Source: a virus. From it: DNA of 64,000 nt. The notes under the pieces were generated by a model, which worked only from the letters and a program-made list of their open reading frames with translations, was not told the DNA's origin and searched no databases. The stretch covers positions 12,547-76,546 of IMG/VR virus record IMGVR_UViG_3300025112_006940; one strand, 5' to 3'. Below, piece after piece: positions 8,340 through 18,614 of the stretch. The position numbers were made by a program, and so were the translations under genes. The stretch's first letter is position 1; each line of letters begins with the position of its first letter.

Positions 8340-8873
8340 ATGAAAATAAATGTAGCTTTTACTGGCTCTAGAAAATACGATATAATGGATAATGAAAATA
8401 ATGATGTAATGCAAAATGTAGCAGATTTATTAGTTGGATGCCAATATATTGATAATCTATATTTTGGATGTGCAGTTGGAGTTAATACAGAAATGCTTAT
8501 TAGAATTGGCTCAACAAAACCTGCATTAACTAATTTTAAAAAATCACTCATAGCATGTATTCCAGATACGCTAGATCATTTACATCCAGGTGCGTTAGAC
8601 GCAGTAAATAAATATGCTGATGAAGTTATAGAATTAAAAAATGAAATAACACATAAAGATTGGTTTAAATCATTTCATATTAGAGATAAGTTTATGGTTA
8701 ATCATTGTACTAAGCTTTTTGCATTTCCAAATAAATTTGCCTTAGAAAATAAGAAAGGTGGAACTTGGGCAACTATGAAATATTCATTTAAAAATAAGCA
8801 TGAAAGAGTGGAAAATATGGATTGGAATGAAGAAAAACAAACAATAGTTTATCCATTGAATGGAGGTAGTTAA
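8340..8873 (+). CDS. SLOG-superfamily (YspA/DprA-like) protein
   Basis: VAFTGSR, GCAVGV, RDKFMV, GGTWAT motifs. Confidence 0.7.
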   Translation: MKINVAFTGSRKYDIMDNENNDVMQNVADLLVGCQYIDNLYFGCAVGVNTEMLIRIGSTKPALTNFKKSLIACIPDTLDHLHPGALDAVNKYADEVIELKNEITHKDWFKSFHIRDKFMVNHCTKLFAFPNKFALENKKGGTWATMKYSFKNKHERVENMDWNEEKQTIVYPLNGGS

Positions 8874-8874
8874 A

Positions 8875-9246
8875 ATGATTAAAGGTGCATTTGATCAGGA
8901 ATTAAGTATAGGTGATGTTATTTCATATCCTGGTAGAAGTGGTTCTTCATTATAGATGAATGTAGGATTAATTCATGATGCTATAAATGAAGAAAGAGAT
9001 AAAGAAGGAAATATTAAAGAATTTGAAAGAATAAAGGTTTTAAGCATACATGAAAGCTGGGGTGTAATTTATTGCGATGATGGAATATATTAGGATGAAG
9101 TTAAGGAAAAAAGGTATAATTATGGAACTAAACACTATCCAGCATTATCAACAGTCTATAGAGTTGATAGAGTTGTTAAAATTAGCGCTGCATTAAAAGA
9201 TTTAGATTTACTTGAATTAGAAAACTTTTATAATGCAAAGGCTTAA
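8875..9246 (+). pseudogene. ORF with two in-frame TAG codons
   Basis: GGAGGT SD; TAG at 8953 and 9091 in an otherwise open 124-codon frame. Confidence 0.65.
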
Positions 9247-9249
9247 TAA

Positions 9250-10260
9250 ATGAAAAAAACAAGAATAATGTATATAGATGGAATGAATATGTTTATAAGA
9301 AATTTTGCATCGTTACCATTAACAAATGATCAAGGCGCCCATATAGGTGCTTTGTATGGTTGTTTACAAAGTTTTAGAATGCTTATAAATGAGTTCAAAC
9401 CTGATATGTTCATTTTTGTTTGGGAAGGAAAGGGGTCATCTGAGAAAAGGAGAGCAATATTAAATGAATACAAAGAAGGAAGAAAATTTTCTGGTTTCAA
9501 TAGAATTTTTGAAGGTTCACCAGAAGAAGAAAAAAAAGCATTTAGCAATCAACTTAAATTGCTTAGAGAATATATAAAGTTATTGCCTTTTTATCAAGCA
9601 TCAATTGATTATTTAGAAGCTGATGATGTAATTGCATATATGACTGAGCAAATGTTTGATGATAAAGATCAATTTGAAAATCTCATAATATCTACTGATA
9701 GAGATTACTATCAATTAGTAGATGATAATACATTTATTTTTAGACCTGTAAAAACAAAGAAGAATAAAAAGGGGCAGTTTATAACTACTCAAAAGGTTAT
9801 TGAAGAAACAGGAGTTCATCCTAAAAATTACATTATTTCAAAATGTGTTGCTGGAGATTCAGATAATATAGATGGGATTCCAAGAGTAGGCGCCAAAACT
9901 GTTGCAAAAGATTTTGCTTTTCTAGAATCTTTAAAAAGCAATGGGGATATTTATAACATCAATGACATTATTGATTTTTGTAAAAAAGAACTGGAAACTA
10001 ATAAGTCTAAAAAATACGAAAAATATCTCGGGCATAGGGAACTTCTCGAAAGAAACTATCAATTAATCCAGCTCTTAGACCCTGATATAAGCCTTCAATC
10101 TATCAGATCTATTGAGAGAATCTTTACTAATTACACTCCAGCTTATGAAAAAACATCTTTTAGGTTGGCATTAATTAGAGATTCAATATCTCCAAAAAAT
10201 GTTTTAAGTTGGGTAGATGCATTTACAAATATACATCCAAAAAAAATATCTTTCGAGTAA
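9250..10260 (+). CDS. 5'-3' exonuclease / flap endonuclease (PolA-N, T4 RNase H-like)
   Basis: IDGMN, YKEGR, EADDVIA, STDRDYYQL, GDSDNIDGIPRVG. Confidence 0.93.
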   Translation: MKKTRIMYIDGMNMFIRNFASLPLTNDQGAHIGALYGCLQSFRMLINEFKPDMFIFVWEGKGSSEKRRAILNEYKEGRKFSGFNRIFEGSPEEEKKAFSNQLKLLREYIKLLPFYQASIDYLEADDVIAYMTEQMFDDKDQFENLIISTDRDYYQLVDDNTFIFRPVKTKKNKKGQFITTQKVIEETGVHPKNYIISKCVAGDSDNIDGIPRVGAKTVAKDFAFLESLKSNGDIYNINDIIDFCKKELETNKSKKYEKYLGHRELLERNYQLIQLLDPDISLQSIRSIERIFTNYTPAYEKTSFRLALIRDSISPKNVLSWVDAFTNIHPKKISFE

Positions 10261-10275
10261 GGGAAAATAGACAAA

Positions 10276-11646
10276 ATGCAAAGAGATGAATCTTTTGAAA
10301 AATTTGGTAGAAGCTTTCAAAATAGAGTTATTCAAGCATGCCTTATTGATAATAAATTTTTTCAACAAATTGTAGCTATTTGTAAACCAAGCTATTTTAA
10401 CGGTGCGCATGAAACTATTTGGAAAGTAATTTTTAGTTATTTCGAACAATATAATACCCCTCCAACATATGATTCCATAAAAATAGAATTAGAAAAAATC
10501 GGTCAAGATACGACTAGAGAACATTGCAAAGTTATCATAAAAGAGATTGAAGCAAATATTAATCAATCTGAAATTGAGCATGTTAAGGATGTCGCGCATG
10601 ATTTTTGTACAGATAAAGAAATGGAACAAGCTATTCTTGATTCTGTTGAATTGTTAAAAGATGATAAAAGAGATGCAATTAAACCAAGAATAGAAGCTGC
10701 ATTAAAGCATGTTCATATTATCGACACAGGCCATGAATATTTTGATAGATTAGAGGAAAGATCAAAAACTAATTCAAGAAAAACTGTTCCTACTGGGCTA
10801 CCTATGCTTGATAGTCTTGATTTTCTTGAAGGCGGATTAGGCAATGGTGAAATTGGAATGATAATGGCACCTACTGGTGGGGGTAAAAGTTATTGGTTAG
10901 TTCAACTTGGTTATGGTGGATTACAAGCAGGTGTTGATGTTGTGCATTATACATTTGAATTATCAGAAGTAAATATAGGCAGAAGATATGATTCCTGTAT
11001 TACAGGTATTCCTATCAAAATGTTAAGTGATAATTATGATGAAGTTGATAAAAGATTAAAAGATTTTAAAGGTGGCAAACTCATAATAAAAGAATTTCCT
11101 ACAAGATCTGCAAATATTAATAAAATCAAATTTCATATTGATAGATTGAAAGCATCTGGTTTTAATCCTAGCCTTATCATTTTAGATTATGCAGATTTAA
11201 TGAGAAGTACCAGAGAATATGACCAAAGAACTTGGGAATTGGAATCTATTTACGAAGAACTTCGTGGTTATTCAATGGAAATTCAAGTTCCGATTTGGAC
11301 AGCATCTCAAACAAATAGGTCTGGTCTTGATGAAGATATTATTGGATTAGATAAAATTGCTGATGCTTATGCAAAGGCTATGGTCGTAGATTTTATGGGA
11401 ACATTTTCAAGGAATATGTTTGAAAAGGAAAATAGCCTCGGTAAATTTTTTATTGCTAAAAATAGAATAGGAAGAGACGGAAAAGTTTTTGGTGTAGATT
11501 TTCATCCAGAAATTGCATCAATTAAATTATTTGAGCTAAATGATAGAGATGAACAAGAAACATTAAAGGAAGATATACAATCATTATTTAAGGAATATAA
11601 GGATACAAAAGGATTATCAAATTTAGAAGCTGCGCAGAAAGGATAA
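10276..11646 (+). CDS. Replicative DnaB-family helicase (T4 gp41-like)
   Basis: APTGGGKS Walker A, IILDYADL, WTASQTNR, KNRIG. Confidence 0.93.
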   Translation: MQRDESFEKFGRSFQNRVIQACLIDNKFFQQIVAICKPSYFNGAHETIWKVIFSYFEQYNTPPTYDSIKIELEKIGQDTTREHCKVIIKEIEANINQSEIEHVKDVAHDFCTDKEMEQAILDSVELLKDDKRDAIKPRIEAALKHVHIIDTGHEYFDRLEERSKTNSRKTVPTGLPMLDSLDFLEGGLGNGEIGMIMAPTGGGKSYWLVQLGYGGLQAGVDVVHYTFELSEVNIGRRYDSCITGIPIKMLSDNYDEVDKRLKDFKGGKLIIKEFPTRSANINKIKFHIDRLKASGFNPSLIILDYADLMRSTREYDQRTWELESIYEELRGYSMEIQVPIWTASQTNRSGLDEDIIGLDKIADAYAKAMVVDFMGTFSRNMFEKENSLGKFFIAKNRIGRDGKVFGVDFHPEIASIKLFELNDRDEQETLKEDIQSLFKEYKDTKGLSNLEAAQKG

Positions 11647-11649
11647 AAT

Positions 11650-11862
11650 ATGCCATTTCATTTATTTGAATGTACAAAATGTGAAAAAGAATTTGAAGTT
11701 ATGATAACATTTACAGAATATGAAAATTATAAAAAAAGAAAACTTAAACTTGATTGTTTAAACTGCGGGTTTTCTAGCGATAAACATCAAAAATTACATG
11801 TCGGTAAAACTGCATTAATTTTTAAAAGCGGAAAATGGTTTAAGACTCATGGAGAATATTGA
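11650..11862 (+). CDS. FmdB-like zinc-ribbon protein
   Basis: MP..FECTKC...CLNCG...FKSGKWF. Confidence 0.75.
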   Translation: MPFHLFECTKCEKEFEVMITFTEYENYKKRKLKLDCLNCGFSSDKHQKLHVGKTALIFKSGKWFKTHGEY

Positions 11863-12000
11863 TGGCTATTGGTTTACTTAGCGTTTGTTCAAAATGTAGT
11901 AGAGCTTATAAAGTTATGTTACAAAATAGTTCATTTACAGAAATAGGTAAGCATCGCTATAATAGATGTCCAGATTGTATAACAAAGGAAGAGGAAAAAT

Positions 12001-12228
12001 ATGAAAGACAAATATTCAGTTTCATTAATAATTAGCAGCGCTGATGAATCATCTGTAAGTAATGTAGGTAGTTTTAACAAAGACGATAAAACTGAAGAAG
12101 ATATTAGAAGGCATGCTAATGGTATTTTATCAAGTGTAAAATTAGAATATAATCAGCATGCAAGAATTGAAGTATGGTTAATAAGGGCAAATGGAATTCA
12201 ACAAATGATTTACGATAACGAAAGATAG
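12001..12228 (+). CDS. Hypothetical protein
   Basis: ORF with GAGG SD within operon. Confidence 0.55.
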   Translation: MKDKYSVSLIISSADESSVSNVGSFNKDDKTEEDIRRHANGILSSVKLEYNQHARIEVWLIRANGIQQMIYDNER

Positions 12229-12239
12229 GGAGAGATTAG

Positions 12240-14102
12240 TTGGATATTTCACAACAAATTTTATCTGATATTACAGTACATATGAAATATGCTAAATATT
12301 TATTAGAACTTAACAGAAGGGAAACATGGGAAGAAATAGTATATCGTAATAAAGAGATGCACAAAAAAAAGTTTAAGCATTTAGGTTTAGATTTTTTAAA
12401 AATGATTGATAACGCTTATGAATTTGTTTATCAAAAAAAGATTTGCCCATCCATGAGAAGTATGCAATTTGCTGGAAAACCAATTGAAATTTCTCCAAAT
12501 AGAGTTTACAATTGTGCCTATCTTCCTATAGATGATTATAGGGCGTTTGGTGAAATAATGTTTCTATTATTAGGTGGGACAGGAATTGGCTATTCTGTAC
12601 AAAAGCATCATGTTGAAAAATTACCAGAAATTAGAAGACCTACAAAAAAACGTAGATTTTTAATTAGCGATTCAATTGAAGGATGGGCCGATGCAATTAA
12701 GGCATTAATGAAAGCTTATTTTTCTGGCAAATCTTTGCCAGTATTTGATTTTTCTGATATTAGAGTAAAAGGCGCAGCATTGATAACAAGTGGTGGTAAA
12801 GCACCTGGGCCAGAACCATTAAAGGATTGTTTGCATAATCTTAAAAAAGTTTTTGATAGAAAGCATGATGGCAATCAATTATCTACACTTGAAGCTCATG
12901 ATATGGTATGTTATATTGCCGATGCTGTTCTAGCAGGCGGGATTAGAAGGGCTGCATTAATATCTTTATTTTCTATGGATGATGAAGAAATGGCAGCATG
13001 TAAATTTGGAAATTGGTGGGAAGAAAATCCACAAAGAGGTAGGTCAAATAATTCTGCATGCATTGCAAGACATAGAATTAAAAAATATGAATTCAAAAAT
13101 TTATGGAAAAAAATTGAAAAATCTAATGCAGGCGAGCCAGGAATATATTTTACAAATGATATAGAATGGGGGACAAATCCATGTTGTGAAATTGCGTTAA
13201 GGGCATTTCAATTTTGTAATCTTACAGAAATTAATGTATCTAATGTAGAATCACAAGAAGACTTAAATGAAAGGGCAGCAGCGGCAGCATTTTTAGGTAC
13301 ATTACAAGCATCATATACAGATTTTCATTACCTTAGAGATATATGGAAAAGAACAACTGAAAAAGATGCATTAATTGGCGTTGGAATGACTGGCATAGCA
13401 AGTAAGAAAATATTTGATTTTTCTTTAGAGAAAGCTGCCGATATAGTCAAATCTACTAATAAAGAAATTTCAAAATTAATAGGTATTAATGAAGCTGCAA
13501 GAATGACTTGTATAAAACCATCTGGAACATCATCATTAGTATTGGGTTGTTCTTCTGGGATACATGCATGGCATAATGATTATTACATAAGAAGAATAAG
13601 AGTAGGAAAAAATGAAGCAATTTATTCGTATCTTTCTATTTATCATCCAGAGTTATTAGAGGATTGTTTTTTTAAGCCTAAAATAGATGCTGTTATTTCT
13701 ATCCCGCAAAAGGCACCAGATTATTCAATATATAGAACGGAAAATGCAATTGATTTATTAGAAAGAATAAAATATTTTCATGAAAATTGGATTGATTCAG
13801 GGCATTCACAAGGAAATAACAGTCATAATGTTTCTGCAACAGTATCTATAAAAAATGAAGAATGGGATAACGTTGGTGAATGGATGTGGAAAAATAGAAA
13901 GCACTATAATGGTTTAGCATGCTTGCCATTTGATGGAGGTTCATATGTTCAAGCCCCATTTGAAGATTGCGATAGCATGACTTTTGATAAATTATTTTCA
14001 AAATTACATGAAATAGATTTGACAAAAGTAATTGAAATGAATGATAATACAAATTTAAAAGGTGAATTAGCTTGTTCTAGCGGTGTTTGCGAAATAGTTT
14101 AA
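12240..14102 (+). CDS. nrdJ: Class II (AdoCbl-dependent) ribonucleotide reductase
   Basis: PSMR, YNCAY, RRAALISL, TNPCCEI, CNLTE, KPSGT, C-terminal CSSGVCEI; no beta subunit adjacent. Confidence 0.88.
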   Translation: MDISQQILSDITVHMKYAKYLLELNRRETWEEIVYRNKEMHKKKFKHLGLDFLKMIDNAYEFVYQKKICPSMRSMQFAGKPIEISPNRVYNCAYLPIDDYRAFGEIMFLLLGGTGIGYSVQKHHVEKLPEIRRPTKKRRFLISDSIEGWADAIKALMKAYFSGKSLPVFDFSDIRVKGAALITSGGKAPGPEPLKDCLHNLKKVFDRKHDGNQLSTLEAHDMVCYIADAVLAGGIRRAALISLFSMDDEEMAACKFGNWWEENPQRGRSNNSACIARHRIKKYEFKNLWKKIEKSNAGEPGIYFTNDIEWGTNPCCEIALRAFQFCNLTEINVSNVESQEDLNERAAAAAFLGTLQASYTDFHYLRDIWKRTTEKDALIGVGMTGIASKKIFDFSLEKAADIVKSTNKEISKLIGINEAARMTCIKPSGTSSLVLGCSSGIHAWHNDYYIRRIRVGKNEAIYSYLSIYHPELLEDCFFKPKIDAVISIPQKAPDYSIYRTENAIDLLERIKYFHENWIDSGHSQGNNSHNVSATVSIKNEEWDNVGEWMWKNRKHYNGLACLPFDGGSYVQAPFEDCDSMTFDKLFSKLHEIDLTKVIEMNDNTNLKGELACSSGVCEIV

Positions 14103-14143
14103 TAATATCAATATTTTTATTAATAATTGAGGGATAACAAAAT

Positions 14144-14398
14144 ATGAATGAAACAACAATTCGTCGTAGCTACTTAACTCCTAAATTTGATGTTAGGCCA
14201 GCTAAAAAAGAAGTAAAAAAACCAGGCTTATTTTTTGAAGATAGGGTAGAAAATCTTGCTAAAAAATATAAGACAATTGATGAAATATGGAAACATATGA
14301 CATTAGGGCAAGTATCACGATATAGTACAATAGGTCCAAAGATTTTTTTAGGAACAAAGTTAATTTACGATGAATCAACAGGAGAAACTTTTGTATGA
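14144..14398 (+). CDS. Hypothetical protein
   Basis: ORF coupled to the dCMP deaminase gene. Confidence 0.55.
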   Translation: MNETTIRRSYLTPKFDVRPAKKEVKKPGLFFEDRVENLAKKYKTIDEIWKHMTLGQVSRYSTIGPKIFLGTKLIYDESTGETFV

Positions 14399-14877
14399 TG
14401 ACTATCTTAGAGGATTTAGAACAAATTCTAGATTGCTATTGTGATAATAGTAGATTAGAATTTGAAGAAGTTTTTATTTTATTTACTAAGATACTTTCAT
14501 ATAGAAGCAGTTGTGCAAAAACAAAACAAGCAGCATTACTTGTTAATAATAACAGAGTAATTTCAATTGGTGTAAATGGGCCGCCATCTGGTGGAATAAA
14601 TTGTATAGCAGATGGCGGCGAAGAAGTATGCGGAAAAGATCTTTCAGGTAGTTGCTTAGAAGGGATTCATGCCGAACAAAATTGTCTTGGATATGCATCA
14701 AGATATGGAATAAGAACTGACAATTGTAAATTGTATGTAACAATGACGCCTTGTATAAATTGCGCCAAACTTATTATAGCTGCTGGAATTGAAGAATATA
14801 TTTACATTGATGATTATAGAATAACTGAAGGCATAGATTTTTTAAATAATCATGGTATTAAAACAAGAAAAATTTAA
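14395..14877 (+). CDS. dCMP deaminase
   Basis: RSSC, GVNG, HAEQN, PCINC zinc motifs. Confidence 0.92.
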   Translation: MMTILEDLEQILDCYCDNSRLEFEEVFILFTKILSYRSSCAKTKQAALLVNNNRVISIGVNGPPSGGINCIADGGEEVCGKDLSGSCLEGIHAEQNCLGYASRYGIRTDNCKLYVTMTPCINCAKLIIAAGIEEYIYIDDYRITEGIDFLNNHGIKTRKI

Positions 14878-14885
14878 GGAGAGGC

Positions 14886-15917
14886 ATGCCAAGAGAACTT
14901 GAGACAATAGAAGATATGTATATAAATTGTATATATAGAGTATTTGGGGGCAATAAAATAGATGCTGTTACAGATCCTTCATCAATTACATATGGTAAAG
15001 CAAGTAGGGAACGAATAGGATTAAGCTATAAAATAGAAAATCCATTAAGCAGGATAATTTTAAACCCAGCTAGAAAATTTAATATATTGCAAGTTATGGG
15101 TCATTTTTTATGGATTATGAAAGGTGATAATATTCTAAAAAATGTTAGTTATTATAATCCTAAGGCCTCTGCACTTTCAGATGATGGTATAACACATAGA
15201 GCTGCATATGGTGAAAGATTGATGTTTTGTAGTAATGGCAATGGTGGAATAAAAATTGATCAACTGAAAAATGTTATAACTAGACTGAAAATGGATTTAC
15301 AATCAAGGAGAGCATTTGCTACTATATATAATCCAGTAATTGATAGCTGTTGTATGCAAACAAATGATTTTCCATGTACGATTGGTTATCAATTTTTAAT
15401 TAGAAATAATAAGCTTGATATGATATGTTTTATGAGATCTCAAAGTGTTTTATTTGTAATGCCATATGATGTTTTTATAAATACAATGCTTCAAGAATAC
15501 ATGGCAAAAAGATTAGGGGTGGAAATTGGAAATTATTATCATACGGGCGGAAGTTTTCACTTTTTTGAAAATGAAACTAAGTTTGCAGAAAAAATTATAG
15601 AAGCTGATTATATTATTCCTGAAAATTTTTCAATGCCAAAAATGTATGATAATGTATTAGATGGTTTAAATCATGTATTAGAACATGAAACATTAATCAG
15701 GGAATCTGCAGTAGCAGGCTCTTATATTCATCTTCCAGATGATCATGCAGATGAATATGGGAAATATTGGGGCGATATTATACGACTCTTAGAAATATAT
15801 GCTATAGATAAAATAGAAAAAGATATATCTGAACATATAAGAAAAACATATGAAAGAAAGGTATTGATAAAAAAATTACATCCAACATATCAAGCTGCAT
15901 TGGAGATTTTAGAATGA
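14886..15917 (+). CDS. Thymidylate-synthase-fold pyrimidine-modifying enzyme (probably dCMP-specific)
   Basis: AYGER, SRRA, PCT, MRSQS....PYD, GSFH; Asp at the E. coli ThyA N177 position. Confidence 0.85.
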   Translation: MPRELETIEDMYINCIYRVFGGNKIDAVTDPSSITYGKASRERIGLSYKIENPLSRIILNPARKFNILQVMGHFLWIMKGDNILKNVSYYNPKASALSDDGITHRAAYGERLMFCSNGNGGIKIDQLKNVITRLKMDLQSRRAFATIYNPVIDSCCMQTNDFPCTIGYQFLIRNNKLDMICFMRSQSVLFVMPYDVFINTMLQEYMAKRLGVEIGNYYHTGGSFHFFENETKFAEKIIEADYIIPENFSMPKMYDNVLDGLNHVLEHETLIRESAVAGSYIHLPDDHADEYGKYWGDIIRLLEIYAIDKIEKDISEHIRKTYERKVLIKKLHPTYQAALEILE

Positions 15918-17029
15918 CTCATGAATTAATGGCAGGAAATTTATGGACTTTTGACTATCTTGTTGCTTGCAAAAAATTAAATGATGATAATCCAAAAGCT
16001 AAAATAGTGGAAATGTATGGATCAATTAAAGGATTAGATCCAATTGGTTCTGCTAGACCAGATTCAAGATTACCCTTAGTTGCTAAAAAAGATTTTGAAG
16101 CATACGTTAGCAAGGCAATTACATATGGAATTGAAATTAATTACACTCTTAATATTTCATGTATTGGTGAATTGAGTGAATTAGAAAAAAATGAATTAAA
16201 AATTGCAGATTTTTTACGTTATATAGAATTTTATGGTGTAAAAAGAGTTACAGTAGCACATCCATTGATAGCTCAATTAGTAGCAAAATATACAGATATT
16301 GCCGTTGAAATTTCTACAATTATGCATGTTGAAACTATTGGACAATTACAAAAATATAAAGAAATGTGCCCTAATGTAGATAAAGTATGCATGAATTTGT
16401 ATCGCAACAGAGATTTTAAATTTTTAAATCAATTCAAAAAAGAAGCCGATAAACTTGGTATCATAACAGAACTTATGGCAAATGAATTTTGTTCAATAGG
16501 AGGAATTCCTTGTTATGGACTTTACAGAAACTCATGTTATATGGTCCATTCCCATGGCGGAAACGATGAACTCAATTTTGAAGGCTATCCAATTAAAGGC
16601 CCTGGTGGATGTATCACTTCAAGAATACAAAGCCCAGCATCTTACCTTAAAGCACGTTTTATTCTTCCACAATGGTACGACAAATATTTCAACGAAACGG
16701 GGATATCGCATTTTAAGATTACTGGAAGAACTCATTCTATCGAAGATGTATTACCCATCGTTAAGTCCTATTCTAAGGGTACTTTTAATGGCAACTTAAT
16801 GGATTTATGGTTGCTAGATAAAGATCATGCTGATTTAAATATTGATTCAAGTTTATTAAAAGATTTTATAGATCATTGGATTGAAAATGCAGATTTTCCA
16901 TGTGATAAAATGTGTGGAATAAATTGTCAAATATGTGATGATGCATTTAAAGAAATCTGCCCAGATATTCCATTGTATCGCCCAAAACTTATTCATAGCA
17001 TTGATGAAAAAATAGGAATTGAAAAATGA
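15914..17029 (+). CDS. Peptidase-U32-family Fe-S hydroxylase-like protein
   Basis: INYTLN, EISTI, NEFC...C...C...C, FKITGR, C-terminal CxxxCxxxCxxC. Confidence 0.82.
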   Translation: MTHELMAGNLWTFDYLVACKKLNDDNPKAKIVEMYGSIKGLDPIGSARPDSRLPLVAKKDFEAYVSKAITYGIEINYTLNISCIGELSELEKNELKIADFLRYIEFYGVKRVTVAHPLIAQLVAKYTDIAVEISTIMHVETIGQLQKYKEMCPNVDKVCMNLYRNRDFKFLNQFKKEADKLGIITELMANEFCSIGGIPCYGLYRNSCYMVHSHGGNDELNFEGYPIKGPGGCITSRIQSPASYLKARFILPQWYDKYFNETGISHFKITGRTHSIEDVLPIVKSYSKGTFNGNLMDLWLLDKDHADLNIDSSLLKDFIDHWIENADFPCDKMCGINCQICDDAFKEICPDIPLYRPKLIHSIDEKIGIEK

Positions 17030-18078
17030 ATGTTTTGATAATTCAACAATACAGTATGAGGTCTTATGAAAACAATGAATATCTATTTGATAAAGATGGA
17101 CATTCAGATACAATGCTTTCATTGATCAAAGGTGTTGATAAAGAAGATTACAATTTCACAATTGTTGTTCCTGATAATGTAAGAGGTGGATTAAAGGCCG
17201 TAAAAAAATATATAGATTTTTGGAAAATAAAAAGTAATGTAATGATTCTATGTAAAAAATTTGGTATTAACATTGATGAAGAAAGATCAGATTTTGATAG
17301 ACAATATTGGAAAAATGTTATTGAAGAAAACAATGTAGATTTAGTAATTAATATGAATGATGTTATTGCCCCAAATCTTGCAACGTTAAGAAGGTATTGC
17401 AGTAAAACATTTAAGATTTATACAATACTTGATCATATGCCATTTTATAAACATTCATGGCAACATCCTAATCATGGAAAAATTCACAGAATACTGGAAT
17501 CAATTGATGTATCAGATAGGGTATTTACATACTTCGAACATACGCAATCAATATTAAGTTATCTATCAAAAAGAGAAATAAGCCTAATTCCAGCATTTTC
17601 AACTGAATTTTTAAATAAATTTGCAATGAGAGATTTAACAAATTATTCAGAATTGCATGAACTTATAGATGAAAAACATGAAAAAACATTATTGGCATCA
17701 AGATTAACTGATAAAACAAAATATACACCTGAAGCAATTAAGCAACATTGTAACGCACGTAGCACTGATTTATTGATTTGTAATCCAAATGAATTAAACG
17801 AAAAATTTATAGATGATGCATTTAAAGATGCTGAATTCCCAAAATTAAAAACAAAAAATGATTTTTTAAAACTGCTTTCAAAATCTATGTATATGATTAA
17901 TACAATAGATCCAGAAGTAATTTTATCTTCATCATCATTGCAGGCAATTTATTATGCATGCGAATTAGAACCGTTTAGAAGATATGATAGAGATTATTTG
18001 ATGATTAAACAGTTTAAATTTATTAACAACTATTCAATAGAATATACACCAACAAAATTAAGGAGGTTATATTCATGA
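17026..18078 (+). CDS. Putative glycosyltransferase (GT-B-like)
   Basis: Size, Rossmann-like start MNVLII, VDLVINMN, SLQAIYYAC end; context in modification cluster. Confidence 0.45.
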   Translation: MNVLIIQQYSMRSYENNEYLFDKDGHSDTMLSLIKGVDKEDYNFTIVVPDNVRGGLKAVKKYIDFWKIKSNVMILCKKFGINIDEERSDFDRQYWKNVIEENNVDLVINMNDVIAPNLATLRRYCSKTFKIYTILDHMPFYKHSWQHPNHGKIHRILESIDVSDRVFTYFEHTQSILSYLSKREISLIPAFSTEFLNKFAMRDLTNYSELHELIDEKHEKTLLASRLTDKTKYTPEAIKQHCNARSTDLLICNPNELNEKFIDDAFKDAEFPKLKTKNDFLKLLSKSMYMINTIDPEVILSSSSLQAIYYACELEPFRRYDRDYLMIKQFKFINNYSIEYTPTKLRRLYS

Positions 18079-18614
18079 TGCCAATGATAGTACTTGAAGG
18101 TCCTGATTTTGCAGGAAAAAGTTTTTATGCAAAAAAATTAATGAAGTATTTGAGAAAACACTATAGACTTTTAGAAAGTAATATAACAAAAGAACTTGAA
18201 ATACCTAAAAAAGAATTCAATAAAACAATTCAGCTTATAGGACATCATAGCTATATCATATTAAGAGAATTACAAGATTCCCCCATAATTGCAATAAGGT
18301 TAGCGGTTTCTGATATAGTTTATTCAAACGTATTTAAAAGAAATCAAGATTTAAGTTGGATAAATTTAAAAAGAGATTTTCCAGATGCAAAATTTATTCA
18401 TTTGACTACTTCATGTTTTGATGTAATTAAAAAACGTCGTAAAAATAGAGAGGATTATACAAACGAAGAAGAAAATTTTGAAATATATAAAGAATATTAT
18501 CTTGCTTTTCCAAAACTTGGCATTGATTATTTAGAGCTAAATAATGATAGCTTTAAAAATACTGAAAGAAATATAGGGCAAATAATTAATTTTGTATTTT
18601 CGGAGGGATTATGA
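18075..18614 (+). CDS. dNMP (thymidylate-like) kinase
   Basis: IVLEGPDFAGKS P-loop, R..SDIVY. Confidence 0.85.
   Translation: MMPMIVLEGPDFAGKSFYAKKLMKYLRKHYRLLESNITKELEIPKKEFNKTIQLIGHHSYIILRELQDSPIIAIRLAVSDIVYSNVFKRNQDLSWINLKRDFPDAKFIHLTTSCFDVIKKRRKNREDYTNEEENFEIYKEYYLAFPKLGIDYLELNNDSFKNTERNIGQIINFVFSEGL

Noticed and set aside
14886-15917. Canonical thyA
   Set aside because: Key ThyA residues D169, N177 and Y209 are substituted
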